DNA of 64,000 nucleotides from the human T2T-CHM13v2.0 reference genome, Homo sapiens: NCBI RefSeq assembly GCF_009914755.1, contig NC_060930.1; one strand, 5' to 3'. Shown piece by piece: positions 1 to 13,645 of this stretch (position 1 is its first letter; each line of letters starts with the position of its first letter). The notes under the pieces were generated by a model. It saw only the letters and a program-made list of their open reading frames with translations, ran no database searches and was not told where the DNA came from. The position numbers and the translations under genes were made by a program.

Positions 1-617
1 CCAAGGCATCACATCTTAAGTTCATCATCTGATTGTTTTAGAACAAGCATGGCTTTCCAGAGAGTTTCATAGCAGCATCAGAACATGTATGTCAGGTTCA
101 TCCAGGAACTTTTAACATATAAGTATTTTGTATTTAGGTAACAGGATAGCCAGACTGGCAGTGAAAGTTGTGATTTAGTAATGTGGCATGACTAGATTAT
201 ACTTAAACCCTGTTTTTATTTTCTTCATTTTAAAGTAAGTACTTGCATTAAAGATATGGAAAGTTATGTTATATACTATCCACATTTTATAAATCAGCAT
301 TTGTGTTCTATTCTAATTGTGTAAATTATAATAGGTATACACCTCTTCACATTATGCTTTCCAACCAAGCTTATGGTTACTTAAGTTAATGTTCTACCTA
401 CAGTCTATACTGTGATTTATTCAATAGAAACAAATATTTAGTATCTTGTTTTTCCAAGCTATATGTACAACTTAATAGCTTATATTTGGTCTTTTTAAAC
501 AAGCAATAGAGGTCAAGTTACTGAATCAACTGAGAACAAGCCTGCTAGTTGTTGATACTGCCTCTCAAACATCCTATCCACGTAGTCAACACACATTGCA
601 TGTGGTGAGACCAATTA

Positions 618-1314
618 TGAAACTACCTTTGCAAAAGTTATAACAGAAAAATTATGACAATGCAATATCTGACCTGACTCCATCCTGCTAACCTCCAAGC
701 TGTCATTGTTCATTCCTGGGTATAGGCTGAATTTGGGAAGAATTTATAGTTGAAATAAAGATGCTAACAACCCTTGCCCAACACAGACCCTTCCTGCCTG
801 GGCACTTGACTACTCTTGCAGGACTAACAAATTAGCCACAAAATTAGAAACTGTGGTTTAGGAGTCATACAGCTAGAGGCTGCAAGATTCTGAATCTCCC
901 CAAATTGCTCCCAGGGATAACATCACTATTGTAAAACCTAAGATTAGTGCTTAAGATATTCTGCAGACCCTGTACTCGATGGATCAGCTGGCACCACCCA
1001 AATGGATAAACTTGCTCATCTGGTCTTGTGCCTCTCATCTTACCCAGGAACTGATTCAGTGGCAAGAGGACAACTTCAACTCTGATTTCATCTCCAACCC
1101 AATCTTATCAGCACTCCCTATTTCCCAAGTCCCTACACACCAAGTTATCCTTAAAAATCCTAATCCCAAAATTCTCAGGGTGATTGATTTGAGTAGTGAC
1201 TGTCTCTCATAGAGAAGCTGGCCTCGTGTTAATTAAGTTCTTTATTGCAATACCATTTTCCTGGTGAGTCAGTTGCTTGTGCAGTGGGCAGGAAGAACCT
1301 GTTGGGTGATCACA
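618..1314 (+). mobile_element. Solo ERV1 LTR, LTR8/LTR8A family
   Basis: Starts TGAAACTACCTTTGCAAAA, contains CTAACCTCCAAGCTGTC..TTCATTCCTGGG and ends GTGATCACA (TG..CA termini). Flanked by a 4-bp target-site duplication (TSD) ATTA at 614-617 and 1315-1318. Confidence 0.85.
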
Positions 1315-1694
1315 ATTACAGTATACCCTAACGTGAAATATAAGCACTCTAGTAGGATAACCATATTTCACTTTAGTTTTCACCTCTGTTCTCATGCAGC
1401 TGAGGATTTGTTGGTTGTAGTTTGAGGTAGTGGTCCCAGGCCTATAGTTCTCTCTTTTTTTTTTTTTACTGAGTTTAATCTACATATGATCAAGTTTACT
1501 TTTTGAAACTAATTCGGTACTTTTTAGTATATTCACAAGGTTGTATGACCACACCCCCTGTCTAACTTTAGGACATTTTGATCTATCTTCAAGTTGATTG
1601 AATATAGTAACACCATACCCTAGATTCCCCACAGTATAAATCAAGCTCACTGATTCTTCTGTATCAAGTCTCTTGCACCTCTCTAGTGGAGTTT

Positions 1695-1880
1695 AATTTT
1701 TTATTTCCCCAGGTTATTGAGGAACAGGTGGTGCTTTGTTACATAAGTTCTTTAGTGGTGATTTGTGAGATTTTGGTGTACCCATCACCTGAGCTGTGTA
1801 CACTGCACCCAATTTGTAGTCTTATCCTTCACCTGTTCCCACCCTTTCCCTGAGTCCCCAAAGTCCATTGTGTCATTCTC
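1695..1880 (-). mobile_element. 5'-truncated L1PB-type 3' end
   Basis: GTTCTTTAGTGGTGATTTGTGAGATTTTGGTG...AGTCCCCAAAGTCCATTG matches the L1PB 3'UTR in reverse. Perfect 12-bp TSD CTAGTGGAGTTT at 1683-1694 and 1881-1892. Confidence 0.85.
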
Positions 1881-1892
1881 CTAGTGGAGTTT

Positions 1893-3050
1893 GAGAATTT
1901 CTATTTGGCTCTTTTAAAAAGTTTGTCTATTGATAGGCTGTTTGGCAAGACATTTCTCATACTTTAGACACAGCCTTTATTTGAAGATTTTTAATGGTGG
2001 ATTTAAAGTCTTCATCTAATAAGTCTAAAATCTGGGTTTTCTCAGAGACTAATTGCTTTTTTGTATATCAGCTATAATTTACCTTTGTTGGAAACTGGAA
2101 ATCTTACTATGGCAACTCGGGATATCAAGTTCTCCCAGGGCTTGTTGCCATTTGTTCTTTGCTTATTTAGTAACAGTTCTGTAAGGTCTATAGTCTTATG
2201 TGAGACCACTGGAGTTTATTTGGTTAAGTGGTCAGCTACTACTGCTTAGACAGATTTCCTTAAATGCCTGGAACTACCAAGTTTCCCAGTCCTTATTGAG
2301 GGCTTTCCTGTATGTATTAGGACATGCCTTCAACACTCAGCCAGGCAGTTGAAACTTTGCCTTGGCCTTTATTTCCCCCGTATGCAGAGCCCCAAGGTCA
2401 TCCAGAGGTGAACACACAGGGCCTTCTAGGGTCCTTCCCCACCACATACAGTCCTACATATGCACTTGGCCTTCCAGATTCATAGGAATATGTTGGAGCT
2501 TTTCAGAGTCCCTGTGGACATATCATTTCCAGCTTTTCATTTAGCTTATTGTTTGCTCCAAGTATTACCCACTATGCCTTAGGCAGCTGCAGTGTTAAAC
2601 AGTAGCTTTTAATTGTTCTTGATAAAATGCCCCTATGGAAGAGGCTTTTTGCATTAGGTGATCCCAGTCACAAGAACAGCCTTGTGAATGGAGTCTTCCA
2701 ATAAGGCCAGACAGGTTAAAGTGTTAACATTTCTCCAGGAATGGGGCTTTGAAGCAGCTCTAATCCTATTCTGCCAACTCCTCCAGGCTGCTGATTTTCA
2801 CTGTTTGCAAGGTGTTGGTTTTTAAGGCTACCAGAGAGCTGGGGTAGTGATGGAGGAAACAGAATTTAAAAATACCACAAAGCTTGCTATTACCTGGATT
2901 TGGTTTTTTTCCCTGGATTGCTATAAGTTTGGTTAAAGTTCTAAAAGTGCTCAACTTGATTTTGCCTAGTGTTCTCATTGCTTTTATGAAGATAGTGTTT
3001 TCACTGTCTTATTAGTGAAAGGTCCTTATTCTGCCACTTTCACTGATGTC
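1893..3050 (-). mobile_element. Old L1M fragment (host of the L1PB insertion)
   Basis: T-rich degenerate sequence resembling antisense L1M 5'/ORF1 region. Boundaries are approximate. Confidence 0.45.
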
Positions 3051-5308
3051 ATCCCCAGTTACCTGGTGGCTTTTAGATAACCAGTCATAACTTAACATTG
3101 ACCCAGCATAGCTTTCCTTGTGTCCACAAAGGGGAAAACAAACTTGGGAGACTATAGCATTGTCTGACAATTCTATTTTCTAGGTTCTCTTGAAGTTGGA
3201 GTGGGACTGGATTCTGCTCATACCGTGGAAAGACTGTATATCAGAGCTACCAATCTGGGGGGCCACATTGGCACCAATCTGAACTACTGTCAGTCCATAG
3301 TGATTAAATAACCTTGTACCAGAATATAAACCTATGTTGTCTTCCATAGAGAAGTCTTAAGGATATAATCCCAACTGAATAGTGCCTAGTGATATGGTTG
3401 ATTTATATTTCAGTGAACATTTGTTTCAATGGCAAGTGGACATTTGTACATACTGTTAAACGTGCTGGACAACAATTTTCCAGGTCTGGTCACCAATCCC
3501 ATGAAGGTCATTGATTTTTCCATGTCTATGAAGACTTTGGAGAGACATATATAGGAGTTCATGCTCCTTTCATCTCAGCTCTAAGCCATTGCTTATAGGT
3601 GAGCCACCTAACCTTCACTCCAGCACGAGTAAAACACATTTGTGCTAAGTTACTGAGATTCGGGGAATATTTGTAACTACTCTGGTAATCAGAGTGGGCA
3701 GAATGGGATTAGAACTACTTCAAGGCCCCATTCCTGGAGAAATGTTAACACTATGGTAGGTCATGGCTTGTCCACAGTATATTTGCTGTATTTCTTGATA
3801 TGTCTAGTGTATACACGTGAATGCCAATATTCTCTTAAGTTGCCTTTGTTCAAGTTCAGAAGACAGAACAAAAACTACTTCTACCTCCAAGAGTGTGATA
3901 AGCATTACTATTCAGTTTTAGTTTCTCTATTCTGATTTTTATACATCATTCCATTCTGAAGTTTTGAGATATGAAACATGATCTAACCATTTTCTAAATT
4001 GTTCACCAGTTGTACCTAATCACATTCTTACATTGCCCATTGATCTGTGGTACCTCTCACATCACAATTTAGGTGACAGGAGTAGTTTCTGGCCTACTGT
4101 TTTATTGATCTTTGAGGCTGAAACCCTTAGGATATGGTACCAGGATAGGGTTTGTCTTTTCAACTAATTTTCAGCATAGTTAATTACCTTTATAAGTGAA
4201 TCCACACAATTCCAGTATAGTTTATACTTACAATTAATCATCTTGGGATTTTGTATGTTACCTTAATACCATCTGAAGATAAAGTAAGGTTCGATTCAGG
4301 ATGACAGCATCTATAAAATGTGTTGGAGAGGCTCACAGATTAAGTTAGAGGTCATATAGTAAGGAAGCTGAGATGGGTGTTAACACCTGGGCCTGATTTC
4401 AGAACCTTCACTTCTTCCAATAATGCATGTTACTTGCCAATCTAAACACTTCAAGGAAAGGAGACATTTAGGAGAGGACTTTTGCTGAACCAGCCCAGTG
4501 AACTTCTTTCCCTGACCCTTGCAGGCTTATAGCATCCATCAATACGCAGTAGGATTCCAGATTGCTATGCTCATCCCTTGAAAGTGTAACAAAGAACTCC
4601 CCTTGCTTTCCTACGAAGATAACATGCTTCCTTTTAAGTATAGAATAGAGTTCAAGGAACCTCAAAGCTTGTGTTTGAGCTATCACTTATCTCAGGCCTA
4701 ACTCCACTTACTATACACCTCAGTAGCTTCCAAGAAGTCAGACAAACAGGTGATTCTATTTCTCCTGGAATTCCTGCCAATTTATCATCAGGGGGACTTG
4801 ACCCAGCATTTGGGTGGGAATGGGATATTATAAACCCATTGAGCCAATTGAAGGGGATTGATTTCTGAAATACCATCCTTAACACCAAAAGGAAGCTGCC
4901 TTGGAAGAAGTCTGGCTGGTTATTAGGGGCCCTGGCCACCAAGTGACAGTACCTGAAGTGAGACTGGCTTACCAAGGCAAGTATGTGCAAATATGGATCA
5001 GGATCTGTACATGTTAACTAAACCCATTATGCTTTGGGACCTCTAAACCCTTTCCCAATTCTTGTACAACACCATGTCAGACATCATGGAGTTGACAGGG
5101 CTAGCAGAAGACCAGCTCCAGCACCTATTATTCACGCTCTGAAAATTTTGGTGGGAGGTATCATTGAATGTTGTGGTTTAAAATTAGATTCTCTCAATAG
5201 TATTCTGTACAATGTTGTGATTGTTGGGAGAAGGATGGTAAAGTGGCAAGTTGCTATACTGTGTTCCCTTCAGGTAATATTATATGCATGTAACTCAAAA
5301 CCAGATTT

Positions 5309-5716
5309 TATTATTATACTTTAAGTTTTAGGGTACATGTGCACAATGTGCAGGTTAGTTACATATGTATACGTGTGCCATGCTGGTGCGCTGCACCCAG
5401 TAACTCGTCATCTAGCATTAGATCTCTCCCAGTGCTATCCCTCCCCCCTCCCCCCACCCCACAACAGTCCCCAGAGTGTGATGTTCCCCTTCCTGTGTCC
5501 ATGTGTTCTCATTGTTCAATTCCCACCTATGAGTGAGAATATGCGGTGTTTTTTTGTTCTTGCGATAGTTTACTGAGAATGATGATTTCCAATTTCATCC
5601 ATGTCCCTACAAAGGACATGAACTCATCATTTTTTATGGCTGCATAGTATTCGATGGTGTATATGTGCCACATTTTCTTAATCCAGTCTATCATTGTTAG
5701 ACATTTGGGTTGGTTC
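5309..5716 (-). mobile_element. Young 5'-truncated L1PA (L1PA2/3-like) 3' end
   Basis: TTATTATACTTTAAGTTTTAGGGTACATGTGCACAATGTGCAGG...GACATTTGGGTTGGTTC is close to the L1HS/L1PA consensus. It encodes the ORF2 C-terminus (WIKKMWHIYTIEYYAAIKNDEFMSFVGTWMKLE, ORF 5527-5718). 14-bp TSD TCAAAACCAGATTT at 5295-5308 and 5715-5728. Confidence 0.95.
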
Positions 5717-8700
5717 AAAACCAGATTTCTGTTGGAACTTTTGATAACATTTGCAAAAATTTAGAGGCTGAGGACACATGCCCCGTAGCAATCACTGGCA
5801 CACTTTTTTCTACAGCATCTGATCATAGATTCTAACCTTATCATTCTGCATTGAATCTTAGGGCTAGCATTCCTGCCTAGTAGAAAGGCCTAGGAAACAT
5901 GGCCAGGGAGAGTATTTTGAACATCGAGAAAGATTCCAATAGCCCTGAGACCCCACCCCTTGATGTTTGTAATAGTCCTGGCCTTATTTTGTAAAGGTAG
6001 CCGCCATCCCTCATATATCCTTTCCCGTGTATTATCCTATTTGAGGATAAGCAAGAATAGGAAGTTTTCAGGTATATGGGGACAAAGTGGTTGAGTTTGT
6101 CAAGTTATAACTACTTTAAAGGGGTACCCTTCTGGCCCCCTGGGCTACCTTCCAGTTACAAGTACCCTTTACAGTAAGTCAAAGTATGTAGCAAACTGTG
6201 GGTAGGAGGCTACACTCGCATTTAGAGGTGAGCTCAGACTGGTCTAGAATGACCTCAGTTGGGACAATGGGACTTTCACCCTCAGTCTAATCAGACTCAT
6301 CCTAGCCTAGGCTCATTCTCATTACAGTGGCAATAAAGAGGAAGACACAAGGACCCTTAAGGCACAGGCTTGAAATTGGCAGTTTCCTTTCTACCACCTG
6401 CTATTTTCCAAGCAAGCCACAAGGACAGCTCAGATTCAAGGGGGTGGGCAAATAATCCATTTCTTGATTGGAAGAATGGTGAAGTCACATTGTAAAGGGT
6501 ATCGACAGGGGGAGAAGAATTGGTTTTTTGTAATCAATATGAACTAAAATCCTTCAGTGAAAGGGTGATGAGAAATTCAGTGGTTTCATATGGCATCAGG
6601 CTGAGCTATTCACTAGACTTAGCACCACTGTAAAAGGAACAGCCAGGTATAGTGTCCTTGAATGTGTTGCAATGGAAAGTATAGATAGCTTTTGTTGGCT
6701 AAGACTTTGTCAGTAATCTAGTCAACCTGTAGGAACAGGGGAAAGGAACAAGTTAGACACAGAAGCAGTTAGCCAAACCTAAATACAGGACATTCTATAA
6801 GACATGACAATTTCTCCAGTGTTTCAATGATACTAGGTGGGGAGGGGACCGTTATAGAAGACTTAAGAAGCTTAAGTACTAGCAGACATTTTAGAAATCC
6901 TTTCAGATTCTCAGTGTCACTTGTTTTTCAGATGCAGTGGACACTGGCCAACAACATGCTGACCTAAACGTCATGCTGCTTAGCTGCATGTCAGAGCTTT
7001 CAGCTCCTTTCAGGGCCTTCTGGGCTCAGATAAAGTGCCACACTGCTTAGATGGATTTGTATTTCCCTCTGGCTGACAGGCTAACTAGACCCTCAGAAGT
7101 TTACTCCAAGAAACTGACCAGCAAGTACTGGAAGATGGGAGCCCACAGGTGACATCTACCATCTTTACTGGTCACTGGCCAGGCCTCACAATCAGCTGTG
7201 AACTTTGTGAAGTAGTGGCTTGGTAGTATAAGCTTATGCATATTTCCCAGTCTTCCATCCTATATTCCTTTTGTTGTTTCTCCAGGATTGTATCCCTCAA
7301 GTAAGCATTAGCAATGAAGTCTTGCTTCAGTTCTGTCTTCTAGTGAACTCAGGTTAAGCCAACAACTAAATGCAATCAAACTTGTTTGGAGCTTGATTTG
7401 AGTAAGCCAGATATAGGACATTTAAAGCAGGCTGTGAAATTTGATAGGACTATTGGACATTAAGGAGTGTTGATTGTGCTATGTGTGACAGTGATTTTAA
7501 AGAGGGACCTTGTTAATCAGTTTTCTGACTAAAAGGACAGGATGCCTAGTGTTTAAAGAATTCCAGCAAAGCAGAATAAGATAGATACACCTAGGGGGAT
7601 AAATGAAGATGGAAATACTGAGTTTAATCTGAGTAACAGGTACATTATGATTTTCTACTTATGTATATTTGAGGACTTCTACAAGTTTAATTCTTTAGAT
7701 TTCATCCACCATTTTTCTTGAATATAATGATTGTTTTGTAGATGATCCCTTGGAAGCTTTCATAGCTGAATTTTGAAGTTTAACATATTGAATCTAGTTG
7801 TGGAGTTTCTCCATACATTTCATGAAGCCTTTCAAAATGTGGTTCTTAGTCATTTCAGGAGTTTTACCTTCATTATTGTTCATTGTAAACATGTAGATAG
7901 AAAATGAGATGGAAGATGTAGACTATTTTGTGATTCAATCTGATCTTCCAATTCACTAATTTGTTCTTCAGCTATATCCACTTGTGTTGTATCAGCTTAT
8001 ACTTCATTTTTGTTCTCATTTGAATGTTAGTGTCTTAATCTTAGGTAACTATTGTACTTGATAGTCTCAGTCTGAGTGTCCTAATATTTAGGCTTTCAAT
8101 GTTTCCATTTTGAAATAGGTATATTCTTCCAGCAACTTATTTTAGTCTGAGAATATCTAGTACCAGAGGAATATGATTTATCTAGTAATGCATTGTTAGT
8201 TCAAGATCAAAAGGCACAGTTTTAGCTTGTTTCAACCCAAGTTTACAGAAAGAAAAACCCTAAGTTACTGTCGTTTCTACAAAGAAGCCTATTAGGCCAG
8301 GGTCTCCATTCTTGAGAGGAGCAGCACTGGTAGGAGGCAGGCTCCCCAGATTGGAATCCACCAGCCCCACATGGGGCAGGATGGAGGTATAAATGGCCAA
8401 AGTTCAACCTCTACTTGCCTTCATCAACTCCTTACCTCACAGGGTTTTCATGCTAACCTGATTTTGTCCAGTGCATTAGCACACAGGGTTACCAGTTTCA
8501 GCCAGACAATGCCTATCTCAACAAGCAATTATGCTAAAGAGGCAAAAAGCAGAGATAAATTCACCTTAATTACCCTCACAGCACTATCAGTTGCCCTTTG
8601 TTCCAGATCACACCCATTACACTCAGGGACCACATATACCAACTTGTCCAGACAGTTGGAGTTTTTGCCTGTTGCCCTAGTGTGATGAACAATGCTCTTT

Positions 8701-8738
8701 ACTCTTAAGTGTCCTAGTTTGGGAAGTCATGTAGTCCT

Positions 8739-9100
8739 TGTGGCAGCCATGGAAATGTACTATTCCAATCTCCCTCTGAAGAATATGCCTTGGAGTGCAG
8801 TTAGCCTCCAGCTGTAGTATCCCTGGGATCTGCCAGTGTTAGAACTAAGGATGCATTTTACCCAGGTAGATTCCTGCCAACAACTGGGCAGGGCAGGGCA
8901 GGGCAGGGCACACCAGGCCCTGGCCAGTCCTGCCCAATGGAGGACCAAGCATTCTTTATGCTAGGGATCCTTGTTAAGGGAGCTGAGACTCTAGGACTGG
9001 ACTGCAGTTTGGGTGTCTTCCTGATAGACTTTGACTGACCGGCATCTGATCTATATCCATTCCATACACTAGATCAAGCCCCTCTTAAGCATGTCCAAAG
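8739..9100 (+). mobile_element. LTR16-family (ERVL) solo LTR remnant
   Basis: TGTGGCAGCCATGG...TCTCCCT...GAGTGCAGTTAG...AACTAAGG is visibly homologous to the LTR starting at 16091. Confidence 0.6.
8886..8910 (+). repeat. (GGGCA)5 microsatellite, canonical G-quadruplex motif
   Basis: Five perfect GGGCA units read directly. Confidence 0.9.
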
Positions 9101-10824
9101 CCTCTTAATTCCTGGATTGCATGTTTGCTTTTCTTCAGGGTTGATGGTTGAGGAAGGAGTCAGAACTGTTTTTAATGCCAGCAGTCCCAGCCCCAGTGTC
9201 CGTTCAATTGATAATTGTGGAAACTAGGTTTTGGCCTTTTGGCTTCCAGCTGGGCTTGGCCAATGAAAAGCCCTGATGAGATTGAGGGCATGTAAAAGCA
9301 GCCAGGGTATTTTACCCTCTCCTTCCACTTCAGTAGAATCTGTGGGAGTGGCTATTTCATTTCTAGTCTTCTGGAGTCAGCCCCTCCCATCTCCCAGCTT
9401 TCTCTAAGTATTCCTTACTGTGGCTTTAGCCCCCTCTGGGCATTCTCTACAAGGCTACAGTAACACTCTTTCCTTTGTCCTTTGAGGTCTAAAAGGAGAA
9501 GTGGCTTCTGTTAGTCTGGATTTCTTCAGCAGTCCATGTTTGGCTTTCAACTCTTAGGATATTTTTATAGCTCATTTCCCATATTAAATTCTTTCCATTG
9601 AGCTATTTAGCTTGTGCTCTGGTTCTCTTAGTGGACCTGGACTGTTATACTTGATTTCTTTCAGGAGTAAGCCATTAAATTTCTCTCTCTTTTGGCTGGC
9701 ATGGGTTAATGCTTAGGGCATGAAGTATTTAGAAGCATCTTAATACATGACCCATTAATCAAGCAGCAAGTAGTATATCTAGAAGCAAACGGAGCAAGTT
9801 GATCTGTCACTCTTATTTAGTTGTACCATACAACAGGAGTATCCCTGGACAAAGGGCCACTTGGCACAAAGGCATTAAAAGGGGTCAAAATCAGCTTCCA
9901 GAAGCACAAGATACTTTTAGAAATCAGCTTTCTCCAGCAGTGTTTCAAAAATGCTGAACAGTTTAATTTCCAGTTTGAGGGACACTTAGTTAAGCTCTGA
10001 ATATACTAGATTAATCCTCAAACCTCCCTGTAGAACTCTAGGCTCTAGTACAAGCTGCCAGCAGGTCTCCATGGAAGCCATGCTCCAGAAGGCTAAGGCA
10101 TAACTAACCAATATTTCTGATTGTCCTTTCAGGAAACCAGATGACATATGTTGTCATAAGAATGTCATGAACTCTAATCTTTAAGTCCCCTAGTTTTACC
10201 CATTGCACTAACTTCACTACTCGCCATGTAACTCAATGCTACCCTATGCGCCCTAGGTATGCAATAGTAAATGGGGAAGTCCAGAATTCTGGTCATGGAA
10301 GTTTCCAAGATGCTCCAAGATTGTCTTTGCTAGAGACCAGGAATTGAGACACAGATGCTTAAAGGATATAGCCCTCTCCCCTTGTCTTCTACAAACTGCA
10401 AGTCACACATAGTCATACTACCTACAAATAGAGCATCCTCAGGGGAAGTGGGTCAGAAATGTCCCACTGTTCTCATAGGGAAGAAAGCACCAGACAAAAA
10501 CATGACTTTTCTCAAGTCATAGCACCTTCTTCCAAGTCTGGCCCTGTGTACAGTTTCCTTACCCTAGACCTGCTTTTCTACCAGTCATTCTCAGGATAGT
10601 TCTTCCTTGAGGACTTCCTAGTCTATCCATGTTTGGGCATCTGTGCCGACTCTGGTTTTTTATTCCAGTAAGACTTCACAGTGGAGTTGTCTAAGAGACA
10701 AAGCCTACCTATGAAACTATCTTAACAGTTGTCAACCCAGCTTGTTTTTGCTTTGTAATGTATCAGATCCTTGGTCACCCCAAGTCAAGCCACAAGTCTA
10801 GAGGGTTCATGCTCACCTTGGTAT

Positions 10825-11070
10825 ATTTTTGTATAAACTTAAGGAACACAAGTTGTTACATGGATATATTGTGTAGTTGTCAGGTCTGGGCTTTTGGTGT
10901 ACTCATCACCAAATAGTGTACATTCTACCCATTAGGTAGTTTCTCATCCTTTACTCCCTACCCCTCCCAGTCTCCAGTGTCTGTACCATACTATGTCCAT
11001 GGGTACATATTATTTAACTCCTACTTGGATGAGAACATGTATTTGAGTTTTGTTTTACATAAGATAATTC
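10825..11070 (-). mobile_element. L1MA/L1PB-type 3' end fragment
   Basis: GTTACATGGATATATTGTGTAGT...GTCTGGGCTTTTGGTGTACTCATCACC...ACCCATTAGGTA matches an L1MA/PB 3'UTR in reverse. Confidence 0.7.
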
Positions 11071-11359
11071 ACATGTTGTCTAGGGGTTTTGTATGCTTCA
11101 AGCTCTGAGCATTCTACCTTGCCTCAAACTCAGAATATCAGATCTTGGGATGGTAACTGGCAATGAGTTTTTGCTCTCAACCAAAATCAATTTTTAGTGA
11201 CATAATTGCCACCTGTTATTTTCAAGCCCTGCTATTGGGAGTCAGTGGCTACTCTACATCTAGAGATTTGAAATCAGTCTGCAGCTCCAAGACAGATCTA
11301 CACGGAGAACATTAAATGTGACCCAAGTATATAACTTAAGTACTTTACTTGCTTTGAAT

Positions 11360-12150
11360 ACTTACCTGGGCTCCTGGCTCATATCCAAGTGTCTACACAA
11401 CATTTCTATGCAGATGTCTTAGATATCAAGTTTAGCATGCACAAGATAACTTATTTGCTTTAGTCTTTCCCATTCTGAGGCACCAAAAAACTACCCATCT
11501 GGCCAGAAAAGTCATGGATCATTCTAGGTTTCTTCTTACCCTTCATTCCCTATACCAATTTGTCAGAACAATCCATTCATTCTATTTAAGACATTCTGAA
11601 TCTATTCACTCTTCCATTTCTACTGCCCTGTCTCAGTCCTAGCTATATACATTGTCTCCTTTGTGAGCAGATCGTCAAGGATAACGATTAGTCGAGGATT
11701 ACTCCACTGCTTCAAGGTTTCCTAGTGGCTTTCCATTAGAGTGTAAAACCCACCCTCCTTACCAGAGTCAAAGTTCTGCATGATATTTGTTCCTGCCTCT
11801 CTTGGGACTTTCCCCCTTCAGTGAGTACTATAGCCATGTTGCTTCCTTTCAGCCCTTCAAATATGCCACGGTGCTTCCTGCCTCAGGGATTTTATTTCCA
11901 TACCCTTTTTCTCTTAACATATTTAGAAAGACCCTAACATGTTTAAAGCTTAGAGAAAAGAGAGCCAATGTAAGTGTCATCTCAAAACTCTTGACCAGGT
12001 TGTCACTGCCTCCACCATTCCTGCCAAATCATCCTTCACTCCGTTTCCTTTGTGGAACCTGTTACTAATCAGAAGTACCTTGACTCTTACTTCATCTCCC
12101 CTCTAGGGGCACAAGTCTATTTCTGTATACTTCATCTGACTGGACTTACG
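11360..12150 (+). mobile_element. L2 LINE remnant
   Basis: Pyrimidine-rich L2-like motifs (CATATCCAAGTGTCTAC, CTCTTCCATTTCTACTGCC, CCTGCCTCAGGG). Strongly degenerate. Confidence 0.55.
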
Positions 12151-13543
12151 TTCCAGCACACAGGAATGCTGGCTGATTTCTCCAAGAAAAACAAGCGTCA
12201 GGGAGTATATCAGCTGATAGCCTCTATCTGCAGAACCTTTGGGATCTACCATAGCACTTGAGCTAAGGTCATACTCTTCCTGGAATGTGAAGCACTTTAA
12301 TGTGGCATGGCAGGGGAATACCGGGAAGCTTCTGAGTGACTCCTCTGCAGGCATTATCTGCACCAGAGTTTCTCAGGATTGCCAAGGATTTCTCAGAGGC
12401 ACACAGCAGTCTGAGGTTTTACCCATCCAATTTCTTTCCCTTCTCCTTTCACGGGTGTCAGATGAGCATTCATGATGTAAAGACTTTCCTTGCCTATTCC
12501 TGCTCCTTCCCTTTTTCATAGGTATTACCCAATGCATCAAGCTTCCACATGTGCTTGGAAGCAGTTTTCCAGAGGACCAGAACACTCAAATCACCGTAGT
12601 AGTTTGAGATAAAGTGATACAATAGGATTTGGGGACTGAATCCCCTTACTCCAAATGTCCAGAGCAGATCCAATCTCAACTTCAATTGATGTATAGCATA
12701 AGTAGTTTGATACAAGGTGGCAACATAATTGCTAAAGTTTTACCAATAGTGACTTGAATGTTCTATTGAGGGAAAATTCCCTGGCCAATGCCATGATTTA
12801 GACCTTTAAGTATAGGGGAAGTGGAATTACACTGCTGTAATGCCTTACTGAAGGAGGATAAGAAACAAGTTCTAACTATGTTAGAGTGCTGAAGGGTCTT
12901 TGGCAGCCAGCTTGAGAGGTCTTTATCTCCTGCAGTAGGAGAGTGGATACAGCTGAGAAGCAAATTTAGGATTGGTAGACTTGCCAAGCTCAAAAGACAG
13001 TGGAATGCTCCAGTGAAGGCAGATCTGCTTACTGTGTTTAAGCCCCACTTGGAAAAACCTGGGGACATCTAAGTGTACACAGCCAAGAACTGTAGCTTGT
13101 CAGCCCTGAAGCATCAGCCTATAGAGGTGATCCACCTCTATTAGAAGCTAGACTTCCCCCGTGCAGGAAGATGCTGCCAAGGCTTCTACCCTACAATGCA
13201 AACAGCTGTCCTATAAGAAGGCATCCTTTTCTGGATGCCAGGCTGATAACTAAGATTCAATCCCAGTGCTAGCACTGAATAGGAGAAAAGTGATTACGTC
13301 CCAAGAAGCTGAAAGAACTAACAAGCAAGTGGCACCAGGAGCCCAGAGAATATCTCCAGGCTTTGATTTTGAGGGTGTTCCTCTCAAAAGGCCAGACTGC
13401 AAAACTTAGGAGCACTCTTTCAGAGCACTGGGCACTTTTAGAGGATGGAAGTTATAGCCAATGAAGAGTCAGATCTGCCACTTCAAGAAAGATCTTAGCA
13501 GTCTAGTGTTAAGGAGAATGTGACAAACCCCTCCAGATTATGA

Positions 13544-13645
13544 CAAGTTGTGGTAGGGGAGACAAGTTGTGGTAGGGGATGCAAGTTGTGGTAGGGGATG
13601 CAAGTTGTGGTAGGGGATGCAAGTTGTGGTAGGGGATGCAAGTTG
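13544..13645 (+). repeat. 19-bp minisatellite CAAGTTGTGGTAGGGGATG, 5.4 copies
   Basis: Units start at 13544, 13563, 13582, 13601, 13620 and 13639 (partial). The first unit ends GA instead of TG. Confidence 0.95.

Noticed and set aside
13544-13645. Tandem arrays as CRISPR-like repeats (also 33700 and 48645)
   Set aside because: The units are contiguous with no unique spacers, and the context is eukaryotic.
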